IMG/VR virus record: IMGVR_UViG_3300008416_000001
Direction: 5' to 3' (one strand)
Source of the DNA: a virus
DNA: 64,000 nt
In this document: piece after piece, positions 16,485-26,368 of the stretch
Position numbering within the stretch: position 1 is the stretch's first letter
How the letters are laid out: each line of letters begins with the position of its first letter
Translations under genes and position numbers: made by a program
The notes under the pieces: model-generated
What the model was told of the DNA's origin: nothing
What the model saw: the letters and a program-made list of their open reading frames with translations, nothing else
Database searches by the model: none

Positions 16485-17836
16485 TATTCGCCCTCAGTAC
16501 GGGAGAGGTTTTGAAGTAAGCTTTCATCACCGAAAGTTCGTTGGCCTGGAACTGATCCCGGACCAAATGATGATATGCTGACAAGTTTCTGATTATCTGC
16601 CACTCGTTTCCATGCTTCCGCTAATTTATCAACTTCACCCACTTGTTTTTCAACTGAGCTAGTACCATCATTTACAGACTTTACGAAATCATCAACACCC
16701 TTTTTCACGTCTTCAATGCTTGCTTGTTCTTTCTGATAACCTGCTATATTTTCATTTTGTTTTTTTATGGCTTCGTCTTTGTCTTTGTTGATTTGTTGAT
16801 TTATTTGTTCTTGGTTCTGTGCAAAAGCCACCAAAGATTTTAACTGTTCATCAAATATACCGCCTGCGTTTGCTGCCTCAAGTACAACTGCCAAACCCTT
16901 GGCCATTGTCTCTATGGCGCTTTGCATAATCCCAACAAATCCCAACCAAAGTATTTTTAATTCGCCTATGAGCAAACCCCAACCACGAAACGCCTGGAGC
17001 AATCTGCTGGTAATGTCAAGGACAAGGATTAATCCCTTTGGAATAACATCAACTAAAAACTTCCCTAAGTCTTTAGCCCATTCAGACAGAGCACCACTTT
17101 TAGCCCAACCTACGAGTTTTTCGCCGACAGCTTCTAATGTTGGAGCAAATTGCTTGACAAGCTGAATAGATGCACCAGTGATTGCAGCTTTAACTCTAGT
17201 CAGAGAATCGTTGATATTTTCCATCTGTTTAGCATCTGCACGATTAATTGCAATGCCGAACAGTTCAGCCTCTTTCCTGGCCTCTGCAAAAGCGTCTGCA
17301 GTTGTATTCAGAATCCTATCGCCAGAACGTCCAAAGATATCCATGGCAATAGAGGTTTTATCTGCTGCACTTTCTACGCCTTCGAGTTTGCGTGTGACTA
17401 TCTCCATGGCTTCGGCTGGAGACTTCTTTTTTAATTCCTCTGCATTGATTCCAAGCATTTCAAATGCAGCTGCAGCTTCACCAACTCCTTGAGCCGCGTC
17501 AGATATATTGCGCTGAAGAAATTTAAAAGTCTGATCAGCTTCTTTTGTGCTTGCGCCAGCCAAAGACATTTGATGTCTGAATGCTGAGAGTTCCTCTGTA
17601 GTTACTCCTAGCCTGTCTGCTGTCTTGGCTAGATCGTCATTCAAGTTTAGAACTTTTATGGTTAGCGCGACAATAGCAGTCGCAGCAACACCGAATCCAG
17701 CCGCTAAACCTAGCCCGACCTTTTTGCCAGCATTGACAACACTACTCATTCCCTTCTTGAGTGAATTGAAAACGCGACGAGCTTGACGGTCGGTTGCCGT
17801 GATTATAATCTTTAATGTTTTAGTTCCAACAGCCAT
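16484..17836 (-). CDS. Tail tape measure protein (450 aa)
   Basis: IIITATD N-terminus; DDLAKTADRLGVTTEELSAF; amphipathic helical repeats; position after the tail tube. Confidence 0.85.
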   Translation of the reverse strand: MAVGTKTLKIIITATDRQARRVFNSLKKGMSSVVNAGKKVGLGLAAGFGVAATAIVALTIKVLNLNDDLAKTADRLGVTTEELSAFRHQMSLAGASTKEADQTFKFLQRNISDAAQGVGEAAAAFEMLGINAEELKKKSPAEAMEIVTRKLEGVESAADKTSIAMDIFGRSGDRILNTTADAFAEARKEAELFGIAINRADAKQMENINDSLTRVKAAITGASIQLVKQFAPTLEAVGEKLVGWAKSGALSEWAKDLGKFLVDVIPKGLILVLDITSRLLQAFRGWGLLIGELKILWLGFVGIMQSAIETMAKGLAVVLEAANAGGIFDEQLKSLVAFAQNQEQINQQINKDKDEAIKKQNENIAGYQKEQASIEDVKKGVDDFVKSVNDGTSSVEKQVGEVDKLAEAWKRVADNQKLVSISSFGPGSVPGQRTFGDESLLQNLSRTEGE

Positions 17837-17902
17837 TTAGAATTGAAACCCCGTAAAATACATGATGCAGAAAATACCAGCTACAAACCAAAGGACCTTC
17901 AT
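17837..17902 (-). CDS. 21-aa hydrophobic micro-ORF between tail tube and TMP
   Basis: MKVLWFVAGIFCIMYFTGFQF; GGGGGG RBS; fills the gap exactly, stop abuts the TMP ATG. Confidence 0.5.
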   Translation of the reverse strand: MKVLWFVAGIFCIMYFTGFQF

Positions 17903-17911
17903 AAACCCCCC

Positions 17912-18850
17912 TTACGTGAAAGCAACAACAACGCCACCTGTAACGATAAACGGCACTGAATATTCAACGGTCCCTTCATCGTCAGCGCTATCCACTGCAC
18001 CGTACTGGCAATCTGTGAGCGTGATGGTCACGGTCTCAGTAACGGCATTATTCGTAGCTGATCCAGCAATAACAATGTCAGATAGAATAGATCCGAAGTA
18101 ATTCGTCATCTCAGTGTCGTCTTCAGCAACCACAACCATTGTCCCTTCGATAGTCAGTGCTGAATCTTCAGGAAGATCTGAGACACCAGGGTCGTTGATG
18201 CAGCGCTGGATTTTGGGATTAGCGGTAGTGAGTTCAACGGATTTGCAACACTTGGGAGACCCCTCGATGGTGAAGGTCATGTCCTGGGCAACAAACGGCA
18301 CAGAAAGGCCATCAATGGTAGGTGTGTTAGGATCTGCCGTGTCTGTCTCTTCTGCTGTCAGAGACATTAGACCATAGGTTTGTGTGATAATCTCACCTAC
18401 TGCTGCACTAATTCCCCAAGAGCGGCAACGAGTATCGACACCGGAAACCTTAACCCCATCAACAAAAGAATGGGCTGTATACCATGTGGTATCTCCTGCA
18501 GTAGTAATTGAGTATGTAACGCTGGTACTGGCCACGATGGTTTCGTCACCTAAAAGAGATGTGAGGAAAGGGCCGAATTCAGGAGCCGTGCCTACTGTGC
18601 CGCTGCCGTGCATCTCAACGCCCAACGGATTGGGAGTTTCGCCCCATTTACCAACCGGCAATGTTGCTTGAGGCAATCGGCTGAGTCTGATGTTATTTCT
18701 AACAACATCATTAGCCATCGGCTTGAACGGGAGAGCAGCACTATCATATGTAAGCTCAATTGCTTCTGAGCCGTCCATAGTTGCCTCTACACCTTTACCC
18801 GATTGACTTTTGAAATAGAAAGTTGTTTGCTGCCGATCCAATGAGGCCAT
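17912..18850 (-). CDS. Tail tube protein (Phage_tube_2-like)
   Basis: VEMHGSGTVGTAPEFG.FL...G.ET......V.Y motif; position upstream of the TMP. Confidence 0.75.
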   Translation of the reverse strand: MASLDRQQTTFYFKSQSGKGVEATMDGSEAIELTYDSAALPFKPMANDVVRNNIRLSRLPQATLPVGKWGETPNPLGVEMHGSGTVGTAPEFGPFLTSLLGDETIVASTSVTYSITTAGDTTWYTAHSFVDGVKVSGVDTRCRSWGISAAVGEIITQTYGLMSLTAEETDTADPNTPTIDGLSVPFVAQDMTFTIEGSPKCCKSVELTTANPKIQRCINDPGVSDLPEDSALTIEGTMVVVAEDDTEMTNYFGSILSDIVIAGSATNNAVTETVTITLTDCQYGAVDSADDEGTVEYSVPFIVTGGVVVAFT

Positions 18851-18860
18851 GATGTTCTCC

Positions 18861-19346
18861 TTATCTTACTCTTGAAATTCTAGTATCACCGTTGGCCGTA
18901 ACACGCTGGTCTCCGATGTCTGTTATTCTGAAAGCGTCCACAAATGAAGGTGTACGCCGAAATCTCACGTTCACGTTTATTCTTGTGCTTAGAATGTCTT
19001 CGCCTTCTGGCTCGTCTATACCTTCGGGCTTTATCCATGTAACTTCTGTCGGTTTATTTGCTGGTAATAGTACTGCGTCGAGAACTGAGTAAACCTTGTC
19101 TATCAAATCATCATCTGTATTTCTTGTTGTTCTTATTTCTATTGCAACGGGTAATGTGTGGTCATCACGATCATTGACACTATTGATAACCCAAAGCTCT
19201 ATAGATTCGCCACGGTAAAGAACAGAAGCAGAGTATTGACCAGAAGCAATCTCGTCAGTCTTCCTGCTACTATTGACCCTGGCTATACCAGTAACCCCTT
19301 CAACGACTGTGCGAATTTCAGCTAAAATATCTTTTGGTGTCGCCAT
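18861..19346 (-). CDS. Tail terminator/completion-like protein
   Basis: 161 aa, position between adaptor and tube. Confidence 0.5.
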   Translation of the reverse strand: MATPKDILAEIRTVVEGVTGIARVNSSRKTDEIASGQYSASVLYRGESIELWVINSVNDRDDHTLPVAIEIRTTRNTDDDLIDKVYSVLDAVLLPANKPTEVTWIKPEGIDEPEGEDILSTRINVNVRFRRTPSFVDAFRITDIGDQRVTANGDTRISRVR

Positions 19347-19807
19347 TATTTCACCATAAATGTCTGGCCGCTTATGCGCTCTTCGTCTTCGTCAATCTCG
19401 CCGTCTTCGTCCAAATCGATATCAAGCACAGCACGATTAAGCATATCATCATATTCAGCGCGATAGAAAACATGGAGGCTGAACCATTTGGCTTCTGTGT
19501 CTGCTTCTCCAATGTTGATAGAATAATCAAGGAAGATAAGCGCGACGGTTAGGTTTGACAGCATGTCCTTCCTGATCTTGTTAAGATTGCGCGTGGTGCC
19601 GTCAGTGGCAACAAAATATAGATCGTTTGTTGAGTCAAAAACTTGTGAGAACTTGATGCTTTTTTTGTCCTCTATATCGTTCTTGAATTGAAGCAAAGCA
19701 GATGCCGTATAATCAGTTACATCGCGAGTGTCGAGTAGATACTCAGTGATATCAAATCTTTGCGCCTGGACTTCTGCTAATGTAGGCGGTGCGTTTGTCT
19801 CTGCCAT
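19346..19807 (-). CDS. Head-tail adaptor-like protein
   Basis: Acidic helical 153-aa ORF downstream of the capsid gene. Confidence 0.5.
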   Translation of the reverse strand: MAETNAPPTLAEVQAQRFDITEYLLDTRDVTDYTASALLQFKNDIEDKKSIKFSQVFDSTNDLYFVATDGTTRNLNKIRKDMLSNLTVALIFLDYSINIGEADTEAKWFSLHVFYRAEYDDMLNRAVLDIDLDEDGEIDEDEERISGQTFMVK

Positions 19808-19923
19808 TACTCAGCCTTTTGTGCCCGTGGTTTGCGAGTCTTTTTGACTTCTTCTTTTGGCTCTTCGCCTTTGTTGTAAATAACGCCATTGACCTTGACG
19901 GTCTCTAGAATTTCTTGTGACAT
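19807..19923 (-). CDS. Small post-capsid protein (38 aa; not in ORF track)
   Basis: MSQEILETVKVNGVIYNKGEEPKEEVKKTRKPRAQKAE; TAATG coupling to the next gene. Confidence 0.55.
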   Translation of the reverse strand: MSQEILETVKVNGVIYNKGEEPKEEVKKTRKPRAQKAE

Positions 19924-19938
19924 TACAGCACCATTCCC

Positions 19939-19967
19939 AAAAAAGAGGGGGATTATTAGTCCCCCTC
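19939..19967 (-). terminator. Intrinsic terminator after the major capsid gene
   Basis: Minus strand GAGGGGGA-CTAATAA-TCCCCCTC-TTTTTT. Confidence 0.85.
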
Positions 19968-19973
19968 GGTAGG

Positions 19974-21116
19974 TTAGCCAAGCAATTGAGCTGTATGCTC
20001 AGGCTTGATGTTTTTAACGCCCCAAGATAGACCAAGCTCATAATGAACTTGACGATACTGACGATAAACCGACAGTTCGAAATTGAGACCAGAGCGAGGG
20101 TCAGTAACCATCATGCGGTCATCTGCCGAATCACCGCCGTCAGGAAGTGCAGGCATACGAGAAGCGAGAACGATAGCCGAGGGAGCGAAGCCCATGTTCT
20201 GGACAGCATCAGCGCCAATGGTCATAGCGGTAGCAGAAGTTGTGATAGCAACACGCAGACCAGGAGCAGCAAGAGTGATGACACCAGGAGCAGCAACGCC
20301 GGTTGTTACGAGGTACTTGTTCGTATCACCAGCGAATGTGACGACATCACCAGCAACAACAGTACCTGAGCCGGTAATCAGAGTGATTGCCGTGTCGCCT
20401 ACAGAGTAACCAGCGGTATCTGTCGTGTAGCTTGTGCCTGTACCTTTGGTTGCATCTACTACTTGAGCAGACTCACTGATAGCGAATCCTGCTGTGTCAA
20501 GCAGTACACCTTGACGAAGCATGGTATCTTGACCGGCAATGTCCATACGTGACTGGAAGCCGATCAGGTTCGCGCCGGCGGTTGTATCAATGACCATACG
20601 ATTGCCGACACCAGGAGCGCCGTTATCCTTCAGGATCTTGGCCAGCAATGAGGCATCTGTAAAGTTCCCAGCGGTAGCGAATGGAGTAGTACCAGCAGCA
20701 CCAGCAGCGCGGCTAAACGTGCTAGATAGTGCACACAGGTCCGTCTCTACCTCATTTGTCAACGTGCGAAAAGCTTGAGCAATCTGCTGTTGACGCATGT
20801 TCAGAGAACCGGGACCATTGTTGTTGACACCTAGAGTCTCTTCACCGTTCCAACGGAAAGGTACAGCGCGCGATTTGGTGATTTGGATGTCTTTGTTCGT
20901 AAAGACCTGATCACCAGTGTCAGGAGCAGTAACTGCCGGAGTAATGTCAGCAGCGGCAGCGGCAGGAGCAATATCTACTCGCACAGATTGTCCTACGGCT
21001 GCACGGTCTGCTGTTGCATCACGTGTGACGCCTGGAATCATGCCGACAAGTTCACGCGATACAACATCGAGTGCAGTATAAAGATCTGGGATGAGATTGG
21101 TCAGTGTATTTGCCAT
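19974..21116 (-). CDS. Major capsid protein, P22 coat-protein (gp5)-like
   Basis: MANTLTNLIPDLY.ALDVVSRELVG.IP.V; follows the scaffold gene and precedes a terminator. Confidence 0.88.
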   Translation of the reverse strand: MANTLTNLIPDLYTALDVVSRELVGMIPGVTRDATADRAAVGQSVRVDIAPAAAAADITPAVTAPDTGDQVFTNKDIQITKSRAVPFRWNGEETLGVNNNGPGSLNMRQQQIAQAFRTLTNEVETDLCALSSTFSRAAGAAGTTPFATAGNFTDASLLAKILKDNGAPGVGNRMVIDTTAGANLIGFQSRMDIAGQDTMLRQGVLLDTAGFAISESAQVVDATKGTGTSYTTDTAGYSVGDTAITLITGSGTVVAGDVVTFAGDTNKYLVTTGVAAPGVITLAAPGLRVAITTSATAMTIGADAVQNMGFAPSAIVLASRMPALPDGGDSADDRMMVTDPRSGLNFELSVYRQYRQVHYELGLSWGVKNIKPEHTAQLLG

Positions 21117-21128
21117 TGTTTTTCTCCG

Positions 21129-21671
21129 TTAATCGTGGATTGTCCCGCCGCCTGATACATGCTTGGACTTATCGACGGGTGACAGTGCATCGAATGCCTG
21201 TCTTGTGATTGAGTTGTCGCCGCCTTCACCTGGAGGACGATAGCCAGCGGGGTCGGTCTTCTGCCCTGCAAGTTTCCTCGCTAAAGACAGTCGTGTTGAT
21301 AGCGGCAAAGATTCATCCGAAACGTCAGCCCTCAATGCTTCAGGGACTTTAGCAAGGATTGACTTGAACTCTTCTTCATCGCGCTTCTGGTAGGCGTCAA
21401 GCTGATCTTTCATGCCATCAATCTGAGTCGTCTGGTCTGTGAGCAAAGTTTCTTTCTCACCAAGGATGCCACGCAATTCTGTAAGGTCTTCTGAATTTTT
21501 AACCTTATCGGTTTCATCGCGTTGCTTGATCTCTGACAATTCATGCCTGAATGTAGCCGCCTCACCATTTGCCTTCTGTGTCGCATCGGCGATCATCGTC
21601 TCGACTTGCGCCTTTGTGAATGTTGCTTCGATTGTTGTTTCCACTACCGTCTCGGTATTGGCCTCTGACAT
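21129..21671 (-). CDS. Capsid scaffolding protein
   Basis: Acidic coiled coil; FT..QV..M N-terminus; C-terminal ITRQAFDALSP.DK..HV..GG.I.D; directly before the MCP. Confidence 0.75.
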   Translation of the reverse strand: MSEANTETVVETTIEATFTKAQVETMIADATQKANGEAATFRHELSEIKQRDETDKVKNSEDLTELRGILGEKETLLTDQTTQIDGMKDQLDAYQKRDEEEFKSILAKVPEALRADVSDESLPLSTRLSLARKLAGQKTDPAGYRPPGEGGDNSITRQAFDALSPVDKSKHVSGGGTIHD

Positions 21672-21779
21672 CTCGTCACCTCTTCGGGCATCTCGCCTTT
21701 TTTTCAGGTTTATTCCAAACTGCCGGTGTAATTACTTGTCCTTCTTTAAACGTCATATCCTTTATGTAAACGAATGTCT

Positions 21780-22208
21780 CTATTTTAACTCGTTGTTCTT
21801 TTCTACCCATTTAGACACTCGCCTGAAAATGCTTTCAATGTCTTCTTTACTTAACGCGAAGAACACACGGCCTCTTTCTTCGTTCTGGAAAGCCTTAAAG
21901 CCTTGTTCTCCTGTTAATTGAACTATAGCTTCACCTTTGCGACCAAACGAGCGCATACCGCCTAACATCTTACCTGTGAATGAGAGGTTAGGTTTAGCAC
22001 TGCGGCCTTTCTCGCGCCTAAGTTCAGCATAAGCTTTGCTATAAGGTGTAAATGCTTTATTCTGTGCATCCTCACCTTGTGTTTCTGTTCTTTCTCTAAC
22101 TTCTTTCTGTGCTGTGACTGCAACGCCTTTCCAGAACCTAACATCGGTAGGAGGCTTAAAAGTAATCTTCTCAGCTTTTATCTTTGTGTCGAAATCAATC
22201 AAGCTCAC
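21780..22208 (-). CDS. Virion morphogenesis/neck protein (Mu gpG-like)
   Basis: FTPYSKAYA..R..KGR...PNL..TG.ML motif. Confidence 0.6.
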   Translation of the reverse strand: MSLIDFDTKIKAEKITFKPPTDVRFWKGVAVTAQKEVRERTETQGEDAQNKAFTPYSKAYAELRREKGRSAKPNLSFTGKMLGGMRSFGRKGEAIVQLTGEQGFKAFQNEERGRVFFALSKEDIESIFRRVSKWVEKNNELK

Positions 22209-22212
22209 ACTG

Positions 22213-22533
22213 TCACCACCTATTTAATCGTTCCATATTTCTCCAGACAAAAAGCTGAAACCTACCAATAAACGTAGGCACTTCGGTTGGTTCCTTAATA
22301 GTTATTACAACATCACCAAGCCTTTGCTCGTATTGGAAGCATCCTGCTACCATTACAGGTATATCGCTCCCTGGCAAAAAAGTCTCCAGGGCCACATAGC
22401 CAGCCTCTTCGTCAGCTATACAACATCTATCGGTGACTTCTTCATCATCAATAGTCACGGTGAACGTGGTGCCATAAGGGCTATTAATGTATGCGTTATA
22501 ACCTGGGTCGTTTCTGTAGCCTGATATTCTCAT
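22213..22533 (-). CDS. Hypothetical protein in the head module
   Basis: 106-aa ORF, ATGA overlap. Confidence 0.55.
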   Translation of the reverse strand: MRISGYRNDPGYNAYINSPYGTTFTVTIDDEEVTDRCCIADEEAGYVALETFLPGSDIPVMVAGCFQYEQRLGDVVITIKEPTEVPTFIGRFQLFVWRNMERLNRW

Positions 22534-23297
22534 GCAGTCACCACTGGAAAGAGTTGGTGCCTACAGTTCCACCCGCCTGGAGTACCACCCCAATAAGGCT
22601 CACCGTCTGCACCTTCATGTTGTTTCCATTCCGACTCTGTTCTGACTGGATCAGATAACGCTTCTCTGCATTCTTCTCTGGTCACATCATCGTTCGGGCC
22701 GACAACTTGCCATTGAGTCGCGCCGATGTTCTCGCCGGCAATACGTAGGGTCTCACCACCGAAATCAAGGATAGCAGTGTTAGCAATTGTTTTGGCGTGA
22801 TTGGCCATTGGGCTTCCCTTGCCATCAACACCCACTGTGGCAGCTCTCACGCTCTCTACCAGCGCACTAAAAGGCTGATTGCTCACCGCTTGCTTGTAAA
22901 GGCCTAGTCTCAGCTCGCTCATTGCGTTAGTTCCTGCAGCAGAGAACGCCTGAAGATCAGCCTTAGCAAGTCCAGCGAATATTTCAGCATCAGCAGTTGT
23001 AAACTTAGGAGGTGGAAGTTTCCTGTCAGTCATCGCCGTCGCTACTGTTGCAGGTATGCCTTGATATTCTTCTACATAATCACGAGCTAGAGCGAAGTAT
23101 CCAGAATCCCTCAACGCTTGCACCATCTGAGGCCTAGAGTTAAGAATGATAGCTGCATCAAATTCAGTGCGAGAAGTACGAGCGCCTGCAACAATGTCCA
23201 CTACTCTTTTATCAAGATCTTTGAGAACAAGTAGAAGGGTCTCAGCATATTGTTCAGCGAGTTTATCTCCTGCTGTTAAGATTTTACTGTTCGCCAC
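22530..23297 (-). CDS. Minor head protein (Mu gpF / SPP1 gp7-like)
   Basis: C-terminal D.VTR..C...GGWNCRHQLFPV; follows the portal gene. Confidence 0.75.
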   Translation of the reverse strand: MANSKILTAGDKLAEQYAETLLLVLKDLDKRVVDIVAGARTSRTEFDAAIILNSRPQMVQALRDSGYFALARDYVEEYQGIPATVATAMTDRKLPPPKFTTADAEIFAGLAKADLQAFSAAGTNAMSELRLGLYKQAVSNQPFSALVESVRAATVGVDGKGSPMANHAKTIANTAILDFGGETLRIAGENIGATQWQVVGPNDDVTREECREALSDPVRTESEWKQHEGADGEPYWGGTPGGWNCRHQLFPVVTA

Positions 23298-24657
23298 TGA
23301 CTATCCCTTGAAATGTCGGCGCTGTTATTGTTCCTTCTTCCTCAATTCTCAAGCGCTTTGCCTCTATTTCTTCCGGTGTAATGCTTGGATTCTTCTCTTT
23401 CCAGAAATCCTCTTTAGACAGAACACCGATGCCAAGTTCTTCCTTCCTGATATCGTGTGCTTCCTTCTCATTAACAGGCAAGCGAGGTTCAGGAAACTTC
23501 ACTGACAACTCTGAGTCTGCAGGCAATCCCCATTCTCTAGCATCGGATATGGCAAGAATAACTTTATACATGCGTTTCTCATAAGCTGTCGCGGCCTTCA
23601 ATCGACTCCGGCGAGTCATCAGTGACCAGATTTCCTCAACTACTAACTTAAAACCTGAGTCAGCGCTTGCAGAACCTGACACCTTGAGATTAACACCCCA
23701 ATTATCAGCGATCATTGATTCGTATTCTTGAAACCATTCTTTAAACTTATCGAGGTTGATATCAGGAGCGCGATACTCAAGAAACACTGATTCGCCAGCC
23801 TCTTGCTTGACTTGCACAACAGCATCAGGACCAATCACCTGATCATCAAGTATCTTTGCATTAGTGAATAAAGCACCGAAAGCTTGGAAACCTGCGTTGA
23901 AGGCAACTTCTGTTGAAAACATATTAAGCGCTTCATTTGCAGAAACAAGTTCTTCCCATGAACACTTCGGCCAGAAACCGCAGCGAGGCTTGTTAGTATC
24001 CCAAAGAACAGTGGCTGGAATGCTACCTATTTCATTCTCAATCTTGCTCAGTTCGCGGCAATCCATGACCTCACCGCTTTTGTCTCTTTGAACTTCAAGG
24101 TCAATTATGTGGTGGCAGTCCCAATAATGATAAAGCTCGCCACCTCGCGGTCCACATCCGCCCGAGAAATATAGCAACGAGTCAACCTCGCCAGTCTTAA
24201 AGTTGTAATGAACGTCACAGTTACCGCGATGAAGAACGGAAAACATAAGCTTCTCTGGATCTTCATTCTCAGGCTTAACAGGTTGCGCAAGGAGTACAAC
24301 TGATTTCAGGAGACGGCACACGCTGTCAGCGGAATCCATAACCGCCTCAAATTCGCCAGCGTCAAGAAGTTCTAAATAGAGCGCTGTTGCGTCTTCGTCA
24401 ATCTCATCATTCACTAAAACTTGGCGCTCTGGTTGTTCGTTATAGCTAAGCGCTGAACGATCAACAATCTTTTTGGTAATATTTGTATAGAGAGGCTCGA
24501 CACGTCTCCTACGCCATTGTTTAATGCCTTTCACGCTATCATCAAGTGTCTGCTCTAACCAATACAGCTGATAACCATCATAGAAATCAAGGGCTTTTGA
24601 TGCACTCTGAGTGTCACATGCTGCTAGATTATTGAGATGCGTTCTCCAGTGTGCCAT
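23284..24657 (-). CDS. Portal protein
   Basis: 457 aa directly after TerL; NITKKIVDRSA..Y...P; SGF.L; helical clip/wing pattern. Confidence 0.82.
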   Translation of the reverse strand: MAHWRTHLNNLAACDTQSASKALDFYDGYQLYWLEQTLDDSVKGIKQWRRRRVEPLYTNITKKIVDRSALSYNEQPERQVLVNDEIDEDATALYLELLDAGEFEAVMDSADSVCRLLKSVVLLAQPVKPENEDPEKLMFSVLHRGNCDVHYNFKTGEVDSLLYFSGGCGPRGGELYHYWDCHHIIDLEVQRDKSGEVMDCRELSKIENEIGSIPATVLWDTNKPRCGFWPKCSWEELVSANEALNMFSTEVAFNAGFQAFGALFTNAKILDDQVIGPDAVVQVKQEAGESVFLEYRAPDINLDKFKEWFQEYESMIADNWGVNLKVSGSASADSGFKLVVEEIWSLMTRRSRLKAATAYEKRMYKVILAISDAREWGLPADSELSVKFPEPRLPVNEKEAHDIRKEELGIGVLSKEDFWKEKNPSITPEEIEAKRLRIEEEGTITAPTFQGIVSGEQ

Positions 24658-25938
24658 TTAGCTAATCCTTATTGTTGGGCTTCCGTGTGCCGGGAACTCA
24701 ATGTTTGTGTAATATCTCAGCGCCGTGGTAATATGTTGCGCGCTGTTTGTTTCATCCTCAATAAATGTCGAACCCTTCTTGAGTTGGACTGTCTTCAAAC
24801 CTCTATCAACCGTTGGCGCTTTTTCAGGATTAACAAAGAATGATCGCTGGCCGTTTGCATTCAATATCTTGCCTCGGAGACTGTTCTGCCCGTCCCTTAT
24901 AGCTGGGTTACCTAGAGGTACTTTGCGCTCTACCGTGAAACCGTTCTTTCTCAGCACTGTCTCGATCTCGATGTAATCTGACACATGGCCGTGTTTCTCA
25001 CCAATTCTCCCTGAAGCATCACCAAAGAGAACAACCTTGCAATTCTTATGGTCCTTATACCTATCCACAAACTCTAGGCCTGTATCACGCGCAACAGCAT
25101 GTTCCAATACGATTTCATCAACAGCATAAACCTTTTCACCTTCACGCTGAATGATTGCTGACGACATAGGGAGGAAGTTGAAGTCATGGGTCCAGTAGAT
25201 TGTACCTGGGCTAAATTCTCTGGTCGTATGATTTTCATTCCCATAGTTATCATAAACACGTCCTGATGCTGTTTCAAAACTTGCCTCATATTCTTGCCTG
25301 TATGTCCGTGGGTCTAATCTTCTCTTTGCTGCGTCTATTTTCTTTTGGCTCAGAACATCGCTTGAATGCCAAGTATGGAAAGACCAATCATCGTCTTGTC
25401 CGCTTCTCGCGTATTCTGCAACATCGTAGAAATGATTGAGTCCATCAGGTACGCCAATTATATCCGCGCCTGTTTCAAGTCCTTCAGTATCTAATGCTGG
25501 AGATATGTTCTCATCCCAAGCCTTCGACTTAGTGTCTGCAAACTCGTCAAGTATCCCCCATGTCCAGGGCGTCCCTTCTATCCTCTCAGGCTTATCAAGA
25601 CCTATCAAGTGGACTTCGTTGTCATTGTCTAGCGTTATAATCAAGTCTGACTCGCTGACCTTTACAATAGCTGGCCTGAGTAAATCCTTAATGTCTTTCC
25701 AGTAAATGCGTTTAACTTGTCCGTATGTGGGCGCTGCAACGAAAAAAAGACCGTCTTCTGTGACAGTCTTCTTTGATAACCTAAGCTTTGCTATGTGTGT
25801 TTTACCTGATCGCCTACCGCATGGTGCAACATTGAACCTTGATTCACTCAGATAATACTTCTTCTGTGCTGGTGTAAGCGTCTTCAAGAGACTCAATAGC
25901 TTCGCGCAGCGTTTCGCTTCCTGTGGTGAGATTGACAT
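24658..25938 (-). CDS. terL: Terminase large subunit
   Basis: Walker A CGRRSGKT; APTYGQ; Walker B ILDEFA; RQEYEASF; nuclease DFN and GDASG motifs. Confidence 0.95.
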   Translation of the reverse strand: MSISPQEAKRCAKLLSLLKTLTPAQKKYYLSESRFNVAPCGRRSGKTHIAKLRLSKKTVTEDGLFFVAAPTYGQVKRIYWKDIKDLLRPAIVKVSESDLIITLDNDNEVHLIGLDKPERIEGTPWTWGILDEFADTKSKAWDENISPALDTEGLETGADIIGVPDGLNHFYDVAEYARSGQDDDWSFHTWHSSDVLSQKKIDAAKRRLDPRTYRQEYEASFETASGRVYDNYGNENHTTREFSPGTIYWTHDFNFLPMSSAIIQREGEKVYAVDEIVLEHAVARDTGLEFVDRYKDHKNCKVVLFGDASGRIGEKHGHVSDYIEIETVLRKNGFTVERKVPLGNPAIRDGQNSLRGKILNANGQRSFFVNPEKAPTVDRGLKTVQLKKGSTFIEDETNSAQHITTALRYYTNIEFPAHGSPTIRIS

Positions 25939-26233
25939 CCGATTTAGATTCTACCTTATCTGATTGGCCTAAATATTGTTTGCCAAGCCATATAAGCATT
26001 GTTGCGTTGCCGCCTTCAGCCGCTTTGTATTGCATCCTGCGTAATGAAGATTTACCGCCTGCTGCCTTCTTTTTTATATAGTCCGCACATGCTGTCTTAT
26101 GGACCTCTTTGCATCGGCGCTCTAATGTGTCGTAACTGCATCCCAATACATCGGCTATTTCTTCCCCCGTGCATTGTATCTTGCACAGTTCATCGACTAT
26201 CTCCCAATCAATTTGTATTTTCTTTGCTGCCAT
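25844..26233 (-). CDS. terS: Terminase small subunit
   Basis: HTH CTGEEIADVLGCSYDTL; LRRMQYKAA..GNATMLIWLGKQYLGQ.DK. Confidence 0.8.
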   Translation of the reverse strand: MAAKKIQIDWEIVDELCKIQCTGEEIADVLGCSYDTLERRCKEVHKTACADYIKKKAAGGKSSLRRMQYKAAEGGNATMLIWLGKQYLGQSDKVESKSDVNLTTGSETLREAIESLEDAYTSTEEVLSE

Positions 26234-26332
26234 ATCATATGCTCTTGTCCTGACCCTGAAAACCAGGCTCCGGTTAGGGAACCATAACACGGATGGTGAG
26301 ATTTTTGGATAACTTACGTATTGTGCCATAAA

Positions 26333-26362
26333 AGTATAGCTTATTGTTTGTGGTTGAGTCAA
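26333..26362 (-). promoter_or_regulatory. Late promoter TTGACT-18-TATACT
   Basis: Near-consensus hexamers in the gap upstream of terS. Confidence 0.7.
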
Positions 26363-26368
26363 GTGACT

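Noticed and set aside
17902-17908. Slippery heptamer G GGT TTA after the tail tube gene (possible G/GT frameshift remnant)
   Set aside because: It lies after the tube stop codon and before the micro-ORF start, so it is not inside a translated frame
14061-17914. Stop codons directly followed by in-frame ATG (tube/peptide/TMP; 806-aa/671-aa), suggesting readthrough or stop-codon recoding
   Set aside because: The same abutting occurs at terL/portal with TAA, so it reflects tight gene packing; standard-code ORFs already tile the genome without fragmentation
20075-20081. GTTCGAA T-loop-like motif
   Set aside because: Inside the capsid gene on the opposite strand, with no cloverleaf; no tRNA was found in the genome
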